A DNA stretch of 63,217 nucleotides, the filler included, from Nemertoderma westbladi (lineage: Eukaryota > Animalia > Xenacoelomorpha): the NCBI GenBank assembly GCA_032718475.1. It is 4 parts of 4 records of this genome, joined end to end, with 100 filler letters (N's around TTAATTAATTAA, not from the genome) between each part and the next. Parts side by side here need not be neighbours in the genome. Positions count along the whole stretch, not along the records: positions 56,149 to 63,217 come from JAUCBJ010005113.1; 3 more parts are not named here. One strand, 5' to 3'. A model generated the notes under the pieces. The model was not told the DNA's origin and made no database searches. It was given only the letters and a program-made list of their open reading frames with translations. Numbering within the stretch: the stretch's first letter is position 1; every line of letters starts with the position of its first letter. Of the stretch, positions 60,745-63,217 are shown in pieces. A program made the translations under genes and the position numbers.

Positions 60745-62030
60745 CTTTGTTTATTACCCAACGGGTATAAAATGGTTGGAATTAAATATACAAATAAAAT
60801 ATAAATACACCGTTTTTAAATGTATGTACAGTAAAATAAATTTACCACTATATTTAAAAATAATTGTAAGTTAATATTTTAGACGGTTGTTTGCGATGGA
60901 GTTCTTGATTGAAGGTGGAAAGCTAAAGCCAAGGCTGTGTTGTAAGCGGGGATTGCCGGGCAAAGAAGCGCATGGCAGATATCCGTGGCAGCCTCACCAC
61001 AGAGACTCCAAATGCACGAACTGTCTGTTCTCAAACACCGCTCGGTAGAACAGAGACGATGGTGGAAACCGTTTGAGATGTATTGCGCTGCAACTCGGCG
61101 ACACTGACCCGCTAGGTTGGCCAACGATATCGCAGCAGTTGAGGGGTGGTCCACAGCAGCCAATATTTTGGTCGTGGAAGCGTACTTGCTTACGCCACTC
61201 CAGAGCTTCCAGTAAAATCCTCGTACCTTTACAACGTGCTGTAATTGGAGGAGGTGTTCATTGGAGGAGTTTCCAAAAGTCGAGCAACCGTATGTTGCCG
61301 CCGGCAGTATAACTAGTGACCATAGTTTGGTAGCTGTTGCCATGGAGACCATATTTAAATTAACCAGGGAAGCTATTCGCATGCAAGAAGCTATACCGCG
61401 GGATTTGAGGTGCAAGTAGTGATTACTTTGCGTATTAGGGTGGATAGTACTACCCCAAGGTAGTTAAATTTATTCACAAATGGCAGCTGCTGTCCATTAA
61501 ATGTTAATTTATCATCTCGCGATAAATGCCCCCCGTTTCGGAATTTGACCACCTTTGTTTTAGATAGATTTACTGTCAGGTCATCCGCTTACAGTAGTCC
61601 GCTAGGTTGTTTAGTGCCGCTTGTACCGTGTCGATTGAAGTTCCATATATTACAAGGTCGTCAGCGTAGAGCAACGCACGTATTCCTATTATGATTGTAA
61701 GAGCTGCCGGGAGGTCCGCAATGAAGAGACTGAATAGGAGTGGCGACAATTTGTCGCCCTGTACGACGCCGACCATCTGCACTATTGGGTCTAGAATGTA
61801 AGTGCCGATACATATTCGTAATAAATTTGTGGCAATTAGTGCCCATATTGCTGTGATAAACATTCGGCTGACGCCAAGTTGACCGAGTTTCTTGCAAAGT
61901 ATTTCTCTGTTGACCGAGTCAAATGCCTTGGTATAGTCCACAAAAACGCAGTACAATTTACCGCCAGGGGTTCCCAACGTGTTAGATATCGCATTATATA
62001 TAATCTTTATGGCCATCAATGTGGAGCGGT
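60745..62030 (-). mobile_element. 5'-truncated non-LTR retrotransposon RT pseudogene
   Basis: FVDYTKAFDSV, GVVQGDKLSPLLF, YADD and C-terminal Cys/His motifs, with frameshifts near 61576 and 61440. Confidence 0.85.
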
Positions 62031-62387
62031 TTTTGCGAAAACAATTCATTGCATTCATTGCATAGTGACATCCTGACACCAGTAAGTAAGACAATACATT
62101 TTAGAAAAAACTGGAAACTAAAACAATGAATTTAAGCACAAATTCTGCAAATTTAAGGTTTAAGTAAAGATAAAATATTTTAGAAAATTTAACATATAAC
62201 AATATTTAACAAGTTAAATTGAAGTTTAAAAACGAAAAAGAAGTCATTGCATTGTGACATCCTGACACCAGTAAATAAGACAAGAAAAAACTGCAAACTA
62301 AATCAATGAATTTAAGCACAAATTTTGCAAAATCAACGTTTAAGTCACAGTAGTCACAGGTATCAGAACATTTTCGCCTACAATATA

Positions 62388-62805
62388 CCGTATATATGTA
62401 TCAGGTCACCCCATTTTGAGACACACTTTCAAAAAACGGGCACTCCACCCCCAATTCATATGAACATTTGTAAATTTTTTTTAGGATCATAATATTCAAA
62501 CTCATCTATTAGCATCTGTAAAAATCATTTTTGAACAACATTAACCCAAAGTGTCAAAAATTCGACCTATATTTTGACATTGAAAAAAAGTGAATTTTTG
62601 AACAATGCATTCTTGGCTCTAGTGATCACAAATGCGAAGCAATGACAAAATTCATTTTACTATTTGATAGACAATTTATTCAGACATCTTCTAATATTTC
62701 AATTTGTATCATAACATCACTCAATCACCCACAATCCGTTAAAGAAAAAAAGTATAACTTGCTGTATCAAGTCACCTCAATGTATCAAGTCACCCCGAAT
62801 TACGG
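62388..62805. mobile_element. Tc1/pogo-like MITE
   Basis: TA|CCGTA ... TACGG|TA termini. The GTATCA(A/G)GTCACC motif occurs near both ends. Confidence 0.5.
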
Positions 62806-63217
62806 TAGATTATTAACAAGTAAATATTTATATTTATTTAAATATATTTTTCATATTATCTTCTATGTTAGGCCTACATAATAAAATAATGCTATCCTCA
62901 AACTGTCAAATTGATATTTAACAAGTCAGGCCAATTTAAAACTGTAAAAATAACAAAAATAATAATAATGAACTGTTAAACAGTCAGACAGTAGGTACAG
63001 CAGTACAGTAATAGTCTGCCAGTAATAATACAGTACTACAATAATTACTGGGTCCGACGAATTTGTACAAAAAAGTGCAAAATAGTACAATATACAGATA
63101 TAGTACAAAAGAATACAAAAGACTGAAAGAGTACAATAAACTGCAAAAATAGTACCGTACAATAGAGTGCAAAAATAGTACAAAAGAGTACAAACGAGTG
63201 AGAAACGCTTGCAAAAC

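Overview
Eukaryotic (invertebrate animal) genomic DNA, AT-rich and repeat-rich. It consists of four contigs joined by artificial 100-nt spacers (N44-TTAATTAATTAA-N44 at 11925, 37357 and 56049). Host genes: the 3' exons of a copine/RGLG-type vWA gene; DDX23/Prp28 (2 exons, minus); five 3' exons of a divergent monofunctional PHM-like copper monooxygenase (minus); the last exon of VTI1B (missed by the ORF track); a small orphan TM/coiled-coil ORF; BMS1 (2 exons); a terminal PH-domain exon (minus); and an apparently intronless 1395-aa attractin (minus). Between them are LINE fragments (L2-like, three RTE copies, others), a Ty3/Gypsy gag relic, a CACTA/EnSpm-like element with a DUF4806-like ORF, a MULE derivative, MITEs, a Helitron-type and a Helentron-type element, tRNA-derived SINEs and many minisatellites. 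Most notable: (1) the single DDX23 intron holds about 29 tandem copies of its own 5' splice junction; (2) housekeeping genes show extreme intron loss; (3) the PHM paralog lacks the substrate-binding Arg; (4) a minimal Penelope-type hammerhead ribozyme; (5) an Ulp1-protease/CXC retroelement relic; (6) a large excess of TA-flanked motifs resembling transposon excision footprints. All calls come from reading the sequence by eye; no searches were run.
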